Positions 53,777 to 62,947 of a stretch of 64,000 bases of DNA are shown in pieces. The notes below the pieces were generated by a model. It saw nothing but the letters and a program-made list of their open reading frames with translations. It was not told the DNA's origin and made no database searches. Origin of the DNA: Nannocystales bacterium (GTDB lineage: Bacteria; Myxococcota_A; Polyangia; Nannocystales; Nannocystaceae); the NCBI GenBank assembly GCA_050633305.1, contig JBOEGF010000038.1, positions 1 through 64,000 on the forward strand. Reading direction: 5' to 3'. The position numbers and the translations under genes are program-made. Position 1 is the first letter of the stretch; every line of letters begins with the position of its first letter.

Positions 53777-54724
53777 CTACAGCGACCAGCTCAGCGACGT
53801 CTTCTCCTCCGAGACCGCCCAGAGTTTCGTCGCCACATCCTGCTTCAGGGCGAGCTCCTCGAGCGTGCAGGCGTCGACGGGGCCAACCGTGTCGGCCCTC
53901 TTTGTCGGGCCGTAGAGGGTGTTGGGCTTCAGCCCCTCTTCGGTCGCACACATGACTTCGGGCCACGAACCCTTCTCCGCGGATTGTGCGATGAGCGGGG
54001 AGACGAGCGACCAGACGATCTTGTTGAAGGTGCTGGCGGTGTCCTGCAACAGGTTCGTCCGCGATGCCCCGGGATGACACACCTGGACCTGAACGCTCTT
54101 GCCCGCGACCTGAATCCGGCGCTGTAGCTCGTACGCAAACATCATCTGCGCGAGCTTGCTCTGCGCGTACGAATCCCACGCGCTGTAGTTCTTGTCGAAG
54201 TTGAGGTCTTCGAACTGGATGGTCTTCAGCCCCATCTTGTACGCGTTGCTTCCGACCACGACGATGCGGCCTTCCGAGGCTTCGATTCGCTCGAACAGCG
54301 AGCCGCACAGCAGGAAGTGACCGAAGTGGTTCACGCCAAGCTGGCTCTCAAAACCGTCCACGGTGATCTTCTGCGAAGCCACCTGGGCGATGGCCGCATT
54401 GCAGATGAGCGCGTCGATGCGCGGCACGGTCTTGATGACCTCGGCCGCGGCCTCTCGTACGGAGTCCAGCACGGCGAGATCCATGCGCACGAACCCGACG
54501 TCAGCATCGCTGCCAAACTCCTCCTTGAGCGTCGCGATGGCGGCGGTCGACTTCTCGGCGTTGCGGTTCAACATCACCACGCTCGCGCCCTTGGACAAGA
54601 GGACTCGTGTTGCCTCGAATCCCGCACCAGCGTTGGCACCGGTGATGACATAGGTCTTGCCTGCGAGGGATCCCAGCCGCTGCGGTGTCCAGCCGTGTCG
54701 TCCGAATGCTTTTTCAGGGGCCAT
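53777..54724 (-). CDS. Short-chain dehydrogenase/reductase (retinol-DH/WWOX-like)
   Basis: TGANAGAG, CNAAI, DGFESQLGVNHFGHF, YAQSK, HPG. Confidence 0.93.
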   Translation of the reverse strand: MAPEKAFGRHGWTPQRLGSLAGKTYVITGANAGAGFEATRVLLSKGASVVMLNRNAEKSTAAIATLKEEFGSDADVGFVRMDLAVLDSVREAAAEVIKTVPRIDALICNAAIAQVASQKITVDGFESQLGVNHFGHFLLCGSLFERIEASEGRIVVVGSNAYKMGLKTIQFEDLNFDKNYSAWDSYAQSKLAQMMFAYELQRRIQVAGKSVQVQVCHPGASRTNLLQDTASTFNKIVWSLVSPLIAQSAEKGSWPEVMCATEEGLKPNTLYGPTKRADTVGPVDACTLEELALKQDVATKLWAVSEEKTSLSWSL

Positions 54725-54805
54725 CGTTTCAACTCTCCTTGTTGCTCAGAAGGTCAGCTTCTGACCCTCTCAACGTAGGTATCTGCGGGCGTCATGCCGC
54801 TGCCC

Positions 54806-54836
54806 CTGGGCGCCAAAACCCTACCTCTGGGCGCCA
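54806..54836 (-). promoter_or_regulatory. AraC-type direct repeat upstream of the SDR gene
   Basis: CTGGGCGCCA at 54806 and 54827 (21-bp period). Confidence 0.6.
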
Positions 54837-54850
54837 CCGGAGCAGTCGCC

Positions 54851-55867
54851 TCAGACGGCCGGGATGGACGCCGCGGCGGACTGGTGCCGGAGCGCCTCCG
54901 GGGTCGTGCCTGTCCATCGTTGGAAGGCGCGAAAGAACGAGGTCGCCTCATCGAACCCAAGCAGAAACGCAATCTCCGTCGCGCTCAGCTCGGTGCGATG
55001 AAGGTAGTGGCGGGCCAGGCTTTCTCGTGTCGTGTCGACCACCGCCTTGAACGTGGTGCCCTCGTCTTTGAGGCGGCGCTGGAGCGTACGGGAACTCACC
55101 GCGAGTCGGCGTGCAACGTTGTCCATGCCGACCTGCCCGCTGGGAAGGGCCTCCATCAGCACCACGCGCGTGCGTTCGGCGAACGTCGCGTCGCTCTCGA
55201 GGTCCGACAGTCGCTTGCGCAACTCGGGCTCGAAGATGTCCCACATGGCACGGCTGGCGGTGAGGAAGGGCTGGTGGGCGTCCGCGGCATCGAAGCTCAC
55301 ACGAAGGACATCACCTCGTGTCAGCCGGATACCCAGGTAGTCCTCGAAGGGTTGTGGATCTCGGGGCAGCTCAGGGACCACGACCGCGGTGGGTCGGACC
55401 CGCTGCCGCGTCCCCAGTCGCGCGAGGTTGGTCGCGAACATGGCCTCCATCCCGTGCATGTACGCGGGCTGCCGGATCCCGGTGTCCTTCCACCGATACG
55501 TGAGCTCGAGCCCGTCGGGGCTGTCGCGTACGTCGAGGGTGATGGGCCCGATCAGCGGCTTGAAGCGCGAGAGTCGCTCCGCGGCCGTCGCCAGGTTCGG
55601 ACTGCACAGCGACGCGAAGACGGGCGGCGTGAAGTACTCGGGAGTCATGGCCTCCGTCAGCCGTACCCAGAACCTCGAATCGCCCACACTGTCGTCGAGC
55701 GCCTCGAAGAACCGCACGAACGACTCCGTGGTGAGCCGAACGTTATCGCGGTTGAGCAGGTCCTCCGGTAGCTGGGCCCGGCGGAGTACGTCGATGTGAT
55801 CGACACCAACCTCAGCGAGAATGCCCTTCCAACCTTCGCCGATCGCATACTCCCGGTTGCTGCCCAT
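54851..55867 (-). CDS. AraC-family regulator with N-terminal ligand-binding domain
   Basis: C-terminal VARRLAVSSRTLQRRL...EIAFLLGFDE..SFFRAF.RWTG.TP. Confidence 0.93.
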   Translation of the reverse strand: MGSNREYAIGEGWKGILAEVGVDHIDVLRRAQLPEDLLNRDNVRLTTESFVRFFEALDDSVGDSRFWVRLTEAMTPEYFTPPVFASLCSPNLATAAERLSRFKPLIGPITLDVRDSPDGLELTYRWKDTGIRQPAYMHGMEAMFATNLARLGTRQRVRPTAVVVPELPRDPQPFEDYLGIRLTRGDVLRVSFDAADAHQPFLTASRAMWDIFEPELRKRLSDLESDATFAERTRVVLMEALPSGQVGMDNVARRLAVSSRTLQRRLKDEGTTFKAVVDTTRESLARHYLHRTELSATEIAFLLGFDEATSFFRAFQRWTGTTPEALRHQSAAASIPAV

Positions 55868-55920
55868 CGAGCCCCTCCGAGGCAAGTCTAGCCACGATCG
55901 GTGGCCGCGGCAGTGTCTTT

Positions 55921-55949
55921 GCGCGCCACCTTCCTAGCTCTGTGCGCCA
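55921..55949 (-). promoter_or_regulatory. AraC-type direct repeat upstream of the AraC gene
   Basis: GCGCGCCA (55921) and GTGCGCCA (55942), 21-bp period, same GCGCCA core as at 54806. Confidence 0.5.
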
Positions 55950-55967
55950 AGACCGTGCGCCCTGCCC

Positions 55968-56342
55968 TCAGCCGCCAGAGCTCGAATGCCACAACCACAA
56001 CGCCGCAAGGGCAAGCAGCACCCCCTCCAACGCCACATACAACCACTGCCGTGGATCGTCGCCTTCGATCACCAAGCCGAGGATCCGGGCCAGGAGGGCG
56101 CCCAGCAGCACGTAGAACAGCAGCGACGCGACGGTCACGGACCATGGGCGGAGCGTGGTGCGGGCGATGAGGACCAATCCGAGCCCCAGGACCATGCCAC
56201 CCCGGATCCGACGCTCGATGGCCGCAAAGGTGTCAGCCGCGGGACCGGGTCCCCCCGTCAGCGGCTCGAACCACCCCGGAAATGCGGCCATCACAGCCCC
56301 GAGCGCGACCACAACCATCCCGATGATGCGAAACGCCGACAT
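55968..56342 (-). CDS. DUF4345-like membrane protein
   Basis: Four hydrophobic segments; RIRGG..LGLG, ARILGL..EG, VALE. Confidence 0.75.
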   Translation of the reverse strand: MSAFRIIGMVVVALGAVMAAFPGWFEPLTGGPGPAADTFAAIERRIRGGMVLGLGLVLIARTTLRPWSVTVASLLFYVLLGALLARILGLVIEGDDPRQWLYVALEGVLLALAALWLWHSSSGG

Positions 56343-56452
56343 GTTGGCGAGCCTAGCAGAGCCGGGTCCAGCCCCGCCCAACACGAATCGCCCGATCTGC
56401 CGACGGTGCTCGGTTGGGGTCGAGGCACCGGCTGCTATCGTCCGCGCGACGC

Positions 56453-57760
56453 ATGACCTCCCTGCGATTTTTCTGCACGGTCGCCTCCATGATCTGGGCG
56501 CTCGCATTCATGACACTGACGACCTCGGTCGCGCAGGCGTCGATGCTCCAAGCTGAGGCCGAAGCCGAGGTTGAAGCGAACGCTGAAGCTCAGCCCGAAC
56601 CCGCGCCCGCCTCCGATCCCCCGACGCGCATCTGGCTCGTCACGGTCGGCCCCAGTGAGCACATCTACACCCGGGGCGGTCACGCGACACTCATGGTGGA
56701 GTGGACCGAGAACGGCAAGTACAACGAGCTCGTCTACGACTTCGGAGAGGCCGACTGGGAGAGCTCAACGCTTGCTTGGGACTTCCTCATGGGGCAGCTG
56801 ACGTTTCGGCTCGAGGCGCCTGGCGACCTGATGGAGGTTGCGGGCAACTACGGCGTCCGCCAGAACCGCGATGTCTTCAAGCAGGCCCTTGCCCTGAGCC
56901 ACGATCAGGCGGAGTCGATCCGTGCGCGGTTGAAGGAACTCGACACCGACGATGCGCGGCACTACGCCCACGACTACGTGCACTCGATCTGCACGACCAA
57001 AGCGCGAGACATCATCGACGAAGCGCTCGGCGGTGTGATCCAGGAACAGCTCAGCTCGCAGGGCGACGGTATGACCATCCGTGAGCACCAGCGAGAGGCC
57101 TTCTACGGCAAACCTTTCGCCGGTCTCGGAGCGGACCTGTTGCTCGGCGCTGAAAACGATGTGCCCCTCAACCGCTACGATGCCCTCTTCGTGCCCGTCC
57201 GGATGCGGATGTACCTGCAAGAGGTGATGGTCGAGAGCCCCTCAGGGCTTGTTCCCCTCGCAGGCCCGCCCATCCCGGTCGCGGGCCGCCAAGGCGTCAA
57301 GCCGCGTCCCGGCTCGACCCGAGGGAGTTGGTATTTTGTGATTCCGTTGATCGGGTGGTTCGCCTGGAGAACGGGGAAACTCCGTATGGGGTTCACCCTC
57401 GAGGGCCTCGGCAGGTTCGCCCTGTGGCCCTCCTTGCTCTTCGCCGTCCTCGGCTGCGTCCTGTGGGGTCTACACCTCATGACTCAGGAGACCGGCTTCC
57501 AGAACAACCCGCTGTCGCTGGCGTTCGTGCCACTGGACTTTGTCCTCGCCTTCGCCTGCAGCCGGTTCATGCGTGGGCAGGACAAATGGCTGAAGAACGC
57601 CCGGATCTACGCCGTCGTGCGCGGCTTGATGGCGGCAGGTGTGCTTGCGATGAACGTCACCGCGGACGGGGCTGCTCCGACAGCGCTCCCGATCCTCGCC
57701 GTCACCTTCTTCGGGTTCTTCGCCTGGCTGGCGCGGGTTCGGCCTACACCTGAGCCCTGA
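56453..57760 (+). CDS. DUF4105 (Lnb-like lipoprotein N-acyltransferase domain) membrane protein
   Basis: LVTVGP...Y...GHA, YDFG, Y...NR.V..Q.L.L, Y..DY...ICTT..RD, FVP, then about five C-terminal TM helices. Confidence 0.78.
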   Translation: MTSLRFFCTVASMIWALAFMTLTTSVAQASMLQAEAEAEVEANAEAQPEPAPASDPPTRIWLVTVGPSEHIYTRGGHATLMVEWTENGKYNELVYDFGEADWESSTLAWDFLMGQLTFRLEAPGDLMEVAGNYGVRQNRDVFKQALALSHDQAESIRARLKELDTDDARHYAHDYVHSICTTKARDIIDEALGGVIQEQLSSQGDGMTIREHQREAFYGKPFAGLGADLLLGAENDVPLNRYDALFVPVRMRMYLQEVMVESPSGLVPLAGPPIPVAGRQGVKPRPGSTRGSWYFVIPLIGWFAWRTGKLRMGFTLEGLGRFALWPSLLFAVLGCVLWGLHLMTQETGFQNNPLSLAFVPLDFVLAFACSRFMRGQDKWLKNARIYAVVRGLMAAGVLAMNVTADGAAPTALPILAVTFFGFFAWLARVRPTPEP

Positions 57761-57993
57761 GCGTCCATCACAACGGGCGGCGACAAGCCGAGCGAGGGCT
57801 GAGGGCGTAACGATTGGACGAGTTGGTCGCGCAGGACCTGGTGCGGAAGCAGTGCTGAGGGCCCGGCGAGACCGGTTTGGCCCGAGGAGCGCGCAAGGCC
57901 AAAAAATGCGGAACGTTTCCGTTGCTGCGGCAACTGACCTGGTTCGGGCTCCGGCGAGCCTGTGGCTGAACGTTGCTTCGGGACTCGGATGAG

Positions 57994-59145
57994 ATGAACA
58001 GACGTCGAAAACTTGGACGCCATCAGCCGCAAGGGACCTCGCCCGCGACCGCTTTCCGCGCGCTCTTGAAGAGCGTACGAATCCCGAGCGGCCAACCGAG
58101 CCATCGGTCGTATCGAGGAACATCGACGACGGTTCTGTCTCTGGCGTTGGTTTCGGGGGCGTTGGTCTCGGGCGTGCTGGGCTGCGCCGCTCCCGAGGAG
58201 GAGAGCTTTGGCGTACAATCAAGCTCCGAGTCGTCCTCCACCCCACCTCCAGAACCCCTGGACCCTTGTGACGCCGAGGGGCGTAGCTGCGACTGTGGAG
58301 AGTTCGGTGCCTCCGCCGGAACCTCTGTTTGCGAAGACGGGAAACTCACCTGTGATTGTTCGGCATGCCCCGACCTCGAGACCCCGGCGGACTTCACGGC
58401 GTGCAGCGGTGACGTCTTGGGGACCTGGCGTTTCGTCGGAACCCGAACGAGCCCGGCGCTGATCTCCTACCAGACGTCTCTCGGGCAATCCGGCCAATGC
58501 CCTTCTACAACCTCGCACGGTGGGAGACGAGACCTTCGGTTCGATTTTCGCGCAGGTGGGGAGGCGACGATGGTCGCCTCCGAATCGTTCTCCGAGACGA
58601 CAACGATTCCTGGCGACTGCATGCCGACGCGGTGTGAAAATGTCACCTACTTTCCTGCGGAGAGTCCATTTGCGTACTCGTCCGACACGACTTCGGAAGG
58701 TGGATCATGCCGGGAATCCGACTGCGATAGCTGTCGGTGCAGTACCGTTGTCGCGAACCAGGAAACCGGACCCGTTGAATGGGATTACTCCGGCTCGCTG
58801 CTTCACATCGGTAGCGGGGCCGTCGGCCAGTTTCAGTACTGCGTAGACGGAAACGAACTCACGCTCAAGAAGGACAATACCGTCTACGACTTCGAGGCCG
58901 TCGACGTTGCCGGAGCACCTCTTGCTTGCGCGGAGCGAAGCTCTGGCCAGTGCCCCCTTGGCGAGGGATGTACAACCGGCGGATGTGTTGGAGTCTCAGC
59001 CGAATGCGTCGACGCCGACGAGGCCAGCTGCTCGAGTCTTGTGGGTTGTGAGTGGGAACCATCGATGTGCGTTGGTGAGGTGCCGCTCGACTGCGCACTG
59101 GCGGACGCCGACGTGGTCCCAGGTTGCTATTTCGAAGTTCTCTAG
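57994..59145 (+). CDS. Cys-rich lipoprotein, hypothetical
   Basis: GVLGC lipobox; FTACSGDVLGTW, YCVDGNELTL; many Cys. Start uncertain. Confidence 0.7.
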   Translation: MNRRRKLGRHQPQGTSPATAFRALLKSVRIPSGQPSHRSYRGTSTTVLSLALVSGALVSGVLGCAAPEEESFGVQSSSESSSTPPPEPLDPCDAEGRSCDCGEFGASAGTSVCEDGKLTCDCSACPDLETPADFTACSGDVLGTWRFVGTRTSPALISYQTSLGQSGQCPSTTSHGGRRDLRFDFRAGGEATMVASESFSETTTIPGDCMPTRCENVTYFPAESPFAYSSDTTSEGGSCRESDCDSCRCSTVVANQETGPVEWDYSGSLLHIGSGAVGQFQYCVDGNELTLKKDNTVYDFEAVDVAGAPLACAERSSGQCPLGEGCTTGGCVGVSAECVDADEASCSSLVGCEWEPSMCVGEVPLDCALADADVVPGCYFEVL

Positions 59146-59151
59146 CCCCTC

Positions 59152-59404
59152 TGTCAGGGTAGTTGCCGCACGAACCGGGCGACGGCGTAGAGCCGGAGCC
59201 TACGGCAGACGGGGGCGAGAAAAGAGACGAAGACCATGGTGGATTCGGTTGCCTTCAAGGCAAGCATGATCAGGAACATGAGGGGCCGCGGCGCAGTCAC
59301 GGCGACAGGAAAAAGTCCAGTCGGTCATGGAGACCGGCGGGCTGAACGAGGCCGACCTCGGCGCATATCTGCGACGTCACGGCCTGCACTCCACCCAACT
59401 CGAC
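59152..59404 (+). mobile_element. Truncated IS3-family element remnant (left end plus internally deleted orfA)
   Basis: Begins TGTCAGGGTAGTTGCCGC (IS3-like 5'-TG end). OrfA-like pieces: MVDSVAFKASMIRNMRGRGAVTAT (from 59236) and, in another frame, EKVQSVMETGGLNEADLGAYLRRHGLHSTQLD. Confidence 0.7.
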
Positions 59405-59583
59405 ACGTCGACGGAGTCGGGATCGAAAGCCACGTGGTTGGAGACCGCTGCAGGGGCCTCGTCCTCGTCGTCGCTCTGCTCGAACGCGTCAGCGTCGTCG
59501 AGTGCAGGGTCGGTGTCGTCACGACCGGCAAGGGCGAGACAGGCGAGAAGGAAAAGGGGGGTGCTTCGTTGGAGATTGTTCAT
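59405..59583 (-). pseudogene. 5' remnant of a lipoprotein gene truncated by the IS3 remnant
   Basis: MNNLQRSTPLFLLACLALAG[R]DDTDP...: the lipobox Cys codon appears mutated to CGT, and the frame runs into the IS sequence and stops at 59377. Confidence 0.5.
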
Positions 59584-60169
59584 CGGTGTTCTGGGCGTCC
59601 TCGCCCACCCGACGACCTAGGGGCACGGTGCACGACACGGCGAAGTGGCGCAGCTCTCACCGCGCCGCCGATGGACTCGTCGAAGGCTGGCGCGCTGCTA
59701 CGCTGCGTTTCGAGATGAACGTCATCGGAATGCTGTTGGGGGCGCTCGTGGCCGCCCCGCCTGCTACCCCTATCGTCGGAGGCCCGCAGGCGCCGGAGGA
59801 TGCCTTTGAGAGTGCGCGCGTTCGAGAAGGCGAGGAGTCTCCGGTTGCCTACGATGTGGGCAGGCGAAAAGGATGCCCGAGGCGACCGCCGAGGCAGTGG
59901 GCCCCCAATGCAGGCACGCCGTCGTCCACCACCCGTAGCGTTCGGCTCTGGTCAAACGCGTACAGCAGTTTCTCTGACTGCGAACCAATCCGCCGTGCGC
60001 ACGCCGCCCGAGTCGGCCGTGTAGAACGCCGACGTCGTCGACCACGTGACCCTGCCCTTGGCCGAAACGCCGTAGTGGAGCATGAGAACGGTGGACTCCC
60101 GCATGCCCGAGCGCGGATACCAGTGTCTCTTCGTGTTCGACAGCCCCGGTGGCGGTCATGCCTGAACCT

Positions 60170-61546
60170 TCAGTTCACGACTGACGGGTCGACCATGAGC
60201 ACTCGAAGCCCGTCGCGCCCGGCACGGGCCACGATCGCGAGTCTGTTTGCGCTCGCACTCATCTCCAACAAGGTGTCGAACTCCGACCCGTAAACGCGGA
60301 GGTCGAGGTCCGTCAACGTGACGCTCGGGATCACCGTGTCGTCGGGCCGAACGCCCACGAGTCGCAACTCGATGTCTGTCTCGTCCCTCCCGATTTCACG
60401 TTGGCATTCGCAAGAACCGACCGACGCGCACATGTCCGGCGGCTCTTGCACGAGGAGAAGGGAGAGCTCGACGTGTACGTAGGCGCCCCAGATCGTCGCA
60501 TCGGCCGTACGCCCCAGCGCAGCGCTGTCACCAAGTCGGCCTGATCCATCCTCGAAGCAACTCTCGTCGCATTGAAGGTCAGGGCACGACCATGGTGCGC
60601 GTGCTGTGTTGGGCAGCGCCAGGTCGGAGTTGCCGGAACGGTGAAGGCGAAGCGTCTCGGGCTCGCCGGTCATCACGACAGCCCGAGGCGCGTCCTCCTC
60701 GAGGGGCTTCGGGTCCTGTGCAAGCCAGAGCGATCGAGGTGCCGCACCCGACGCTGTGTAGACAGGGGCTCCATCGAGCATCAGCGACCAGCCGTCCGCG
60801 CCGACTCCGACGCTGCTAGCAGCGAGCGGTTCTCCGTCGCGATCCAGGCCGAATGCCCAAGTCACCGCCGGTGGGTCCACGGGGCCTGGCGCCCAATCCT
60901 GGTCGGAGCTCCGGCGCTCGATGGTGGAATCGGGATGGCTGAGCCATAGATCCATGCGCGAGCCGGAGACGTCGAAGCCCACGATGTCCTCACGACCTTC
61001 GGTCAGGAAGAGCGTTTCGTGGGTCCAACCACTGTCGTACTCCCACAGCTCAAACCGACGCTCTCCGCTTCCGGTCGCGGACTCGTCGGGAATGAGGAGG
61101 GTGCCGTCGGGGTGGAGTGCGAAGGACGCTCCTGCGCGGAAGTTCGCCCAAGGTTGTGGGAGAGCGGTTGCTCCTGTCTCATCGACGACAAAGATCGCGG
61201 AGGCGCGTCCGTGGGACGTCGATACGAACGCATGCTGATCATCGCTCGTGACGCTGACACCATCGTGTCCCAGAGCGAAGTCGGAGCAGTGGAGCTCGAT
61301 GTCGAAGAGGACCGACGGGTGTGCGGGCGCTCGGTTCTCCGCGGCGCACAAGGAGGGGTCAGGCCTGGCCGGCTCCTCCGGGGGGTCGACCGGAGAAGAC
61401 CCCGTGGTCGGGTCGGTGATCGTCGAGGATGAGCCCGTGCTAGAGAAATCCGTACCCAGATCGCTGTCGGCGGACTCCGAGTCTCCGCACGCCTCAACTC
61501 CGAGCGCCGCGGCCATAAAACACGCCATGGTTTTCCACCGGACCAT
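60170..61546 (-). CDS. Hypothetical lipoprotein (beta-propeller-like)
   Basis: GVEAC lipobox; S/T linker; beta-rich body with a Cys-rich insert. Confidence 0.72.
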   Translation of the reverse strand: MVRWKTMACFMAAALGVEACGDSESADSDLGTDFSSTGSSSTITDPTTGSSPVDPPEEPARPDPSLCAAENRAPAHPSVLFDIELHCSDFALGHDGVSVTSDDQHAFVSTSHGRASAIFVVDETGATALPQPWANFRAGASFALHPDGTLLIPDESATGSGERRFELWEYDSGWTHETLFLTEGREDIVGFDVSGSRMDLWLSHPDSTIERRSSDQDWAPGPVDPPAVTWAFGLDRDGEPLAASSVGVGADGWSLMLDGAPVYTASGAAPRSLWLAQDPKPLEEDAPRAVVMTGEPETLRLHRSGNSDLALPNTARAPWSCPDLQCDESCFEDGSGRLGDSAALGRTADATIWGAYVHVELSLLLVQEPPDMCASVGSCECQREIGRDETDIELRLVGVRPDDTVIPSVTLTDLDLRVYGSEFDTLLEMSASANRLAIVARAGRDGLRVLMVDPSVVN

Positions 61547-61748
61547 CCTCGGACCCACTGTCAGTGTACATGGTCTCCTCTCGGCCTCGGAACGCGCAAC
61601 GTCCCCGAAGCACGGCTTCAGCCCGCTTCACTCCGGTCGGGCGACCGCCACCCCGCCGACGTGAGCGCACGAAACACAGTGTCCGGCTCGTCGTCGGACG
61701 GTGCACGCGCCGTCCGTGTCCGCCTGCTCGACCGCGATCTCGCGGCCG

Positions 61749-62282
61749 TCACGCGGGGCGGTCTGGTCGACCCCCGGCTCGCGGCTCCAACGAGAAGTAG
61801 TGGGAGACACCCGCGCGCCAGTCCGCAAGGTTGTCAAGATCACCTGCCGCGTGGCAGTGGCGGGCGTACTCGTGTGCTTCCTTGGCCCAATCTGTGCTCA
61901 GCGAGCTCAGGTAGTCGAGCGTCTCGTCGACGCCTGCGCCGAACAGACAATGGATGTCGAACCCCGTGCCCAAGTCCATGTCGCGGGAGAACTTGGCTCG
62001 CGCAAGAAGCTCGACATCCTCGACGACGCCGAGGTCGAACAACAAGGCTCCACACAGATAGATATTCTCGAAGTGGTCGCCGTCGTCATCCAGGTCGTCG
62101 TCGTCGCGGAGTCGGTAGACGAGTTCCAGTTCGAAGAGCGCGCGCAACAGGGGACGGAGCTTCAGCGACAGTCGTCGGGCCGCGATCTGAAGGTACACGC
62201 GGTAGCGAACCGCAGGCGCGAGCTCCCGAACATCGGCAAGTTCGCCGCGTTCATACGCCTCGACAAGGGACTCCGGCTCCAC
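61749..62282 (-). CDS. Conserved hypothetical protein
   Basis: Protein-like segment ENIYLCGALLFDLG..EDV.LL.RAK...MDLG.GFD...LFGAGVDETL.YL. GTG start inferred. Confidence 0.7.
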   Translation of the reverse strand: MEPESLVEAYERGELADVRELAPAVRYRVYLQIAARRLSLKLRPLLRALFELELVYRLRDDDDLDDDGDHFENIYLCGALLFDLGVVEDVELLARAKFSRDMDLGTGFDIHCLFGAGVDETLDYLSSLSTDWAKEAHEYARHCHAAGDLDNLADWRAGVSHYFSLEPRAGGRPDRPA

Positions 62283-62503
62283 GGCGAACCAGGATAGCCC
62301 AGCGCGACGCCGTCGCGAGCTCCACCGATCCACAGGTCCACTGCCCGCCGATGCGTTCCACCGTGCACGCGGCCCGTCCGCTTTCGCTGGGGGCACGGCC
62401 TCAGCGGCCCGATGTTCCCGACGGGTGGTCTCGGTTTCGGATCCTGGTGATCTCCCAGTCAGCGGTCGGCTGACGTGCTGGTTCAACCCGCACGCCGTCG
62501 CGT

Positions 62504-62944
62504 ATGGTCTCGTCCGTGCTGAAGTTCGACGCGGACGAAGCCGCGGATGCGCTGTTGACCGCGAAACCCGTGCTGCTGGAGAAACTCCGGGTGGCTTGCG
62601 ACGTCGACCCCGATGGAGCGCGCCGAGGAATACGTGAGGTCCTGCGGTTCCTTGCGTTGACCGGATTGTCCACCGAGGGCCTCACCCCGAGTCCGCGGAT
62701 CGACAACGCGTGGCACGAGGTCATTTTGTGCACCCGGGAATACAACGCGTTGTGCCAGCGGTACTTCGGCCGCTTCGTACACCACGACCCGGGCGGCTCC
62801 GGCGAACTCAACCATCGTCGGTTTCGCGAGACGCTGCGCCTGTACAATCTCCACTTCGGCCCGCCCGACCCCGTGTGGTGGGGCAAGGCGGCCGAACTCG
62901 CACCTCGAGCAGACTGTGGCGCCTGCGAAGCGCCACCCGCATGA
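62504..62944 (+). CDS. Glycine-rich-domain (GRDP-like) protein
   Basis: RFLAL...PSPRIDNAWHEVILCTREY..LC...FGRFVHHDP...T...Y...FG.P...WW. Confidence 0.85.
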   Translation: MVSSVLKFDADEAADALLTAKPVLLEKLRVACDVDPDGARRGIREVLRFLALTGLSTEGLTPSPRIDNAWHEVILCTREYNALCQRYFGRFVHHDPGGSGELNHRRFRETLRLYNLHFGPPDPVWWGKAAELAPRADCGACEAPPA

Positions 62945-62947
62945 ACC

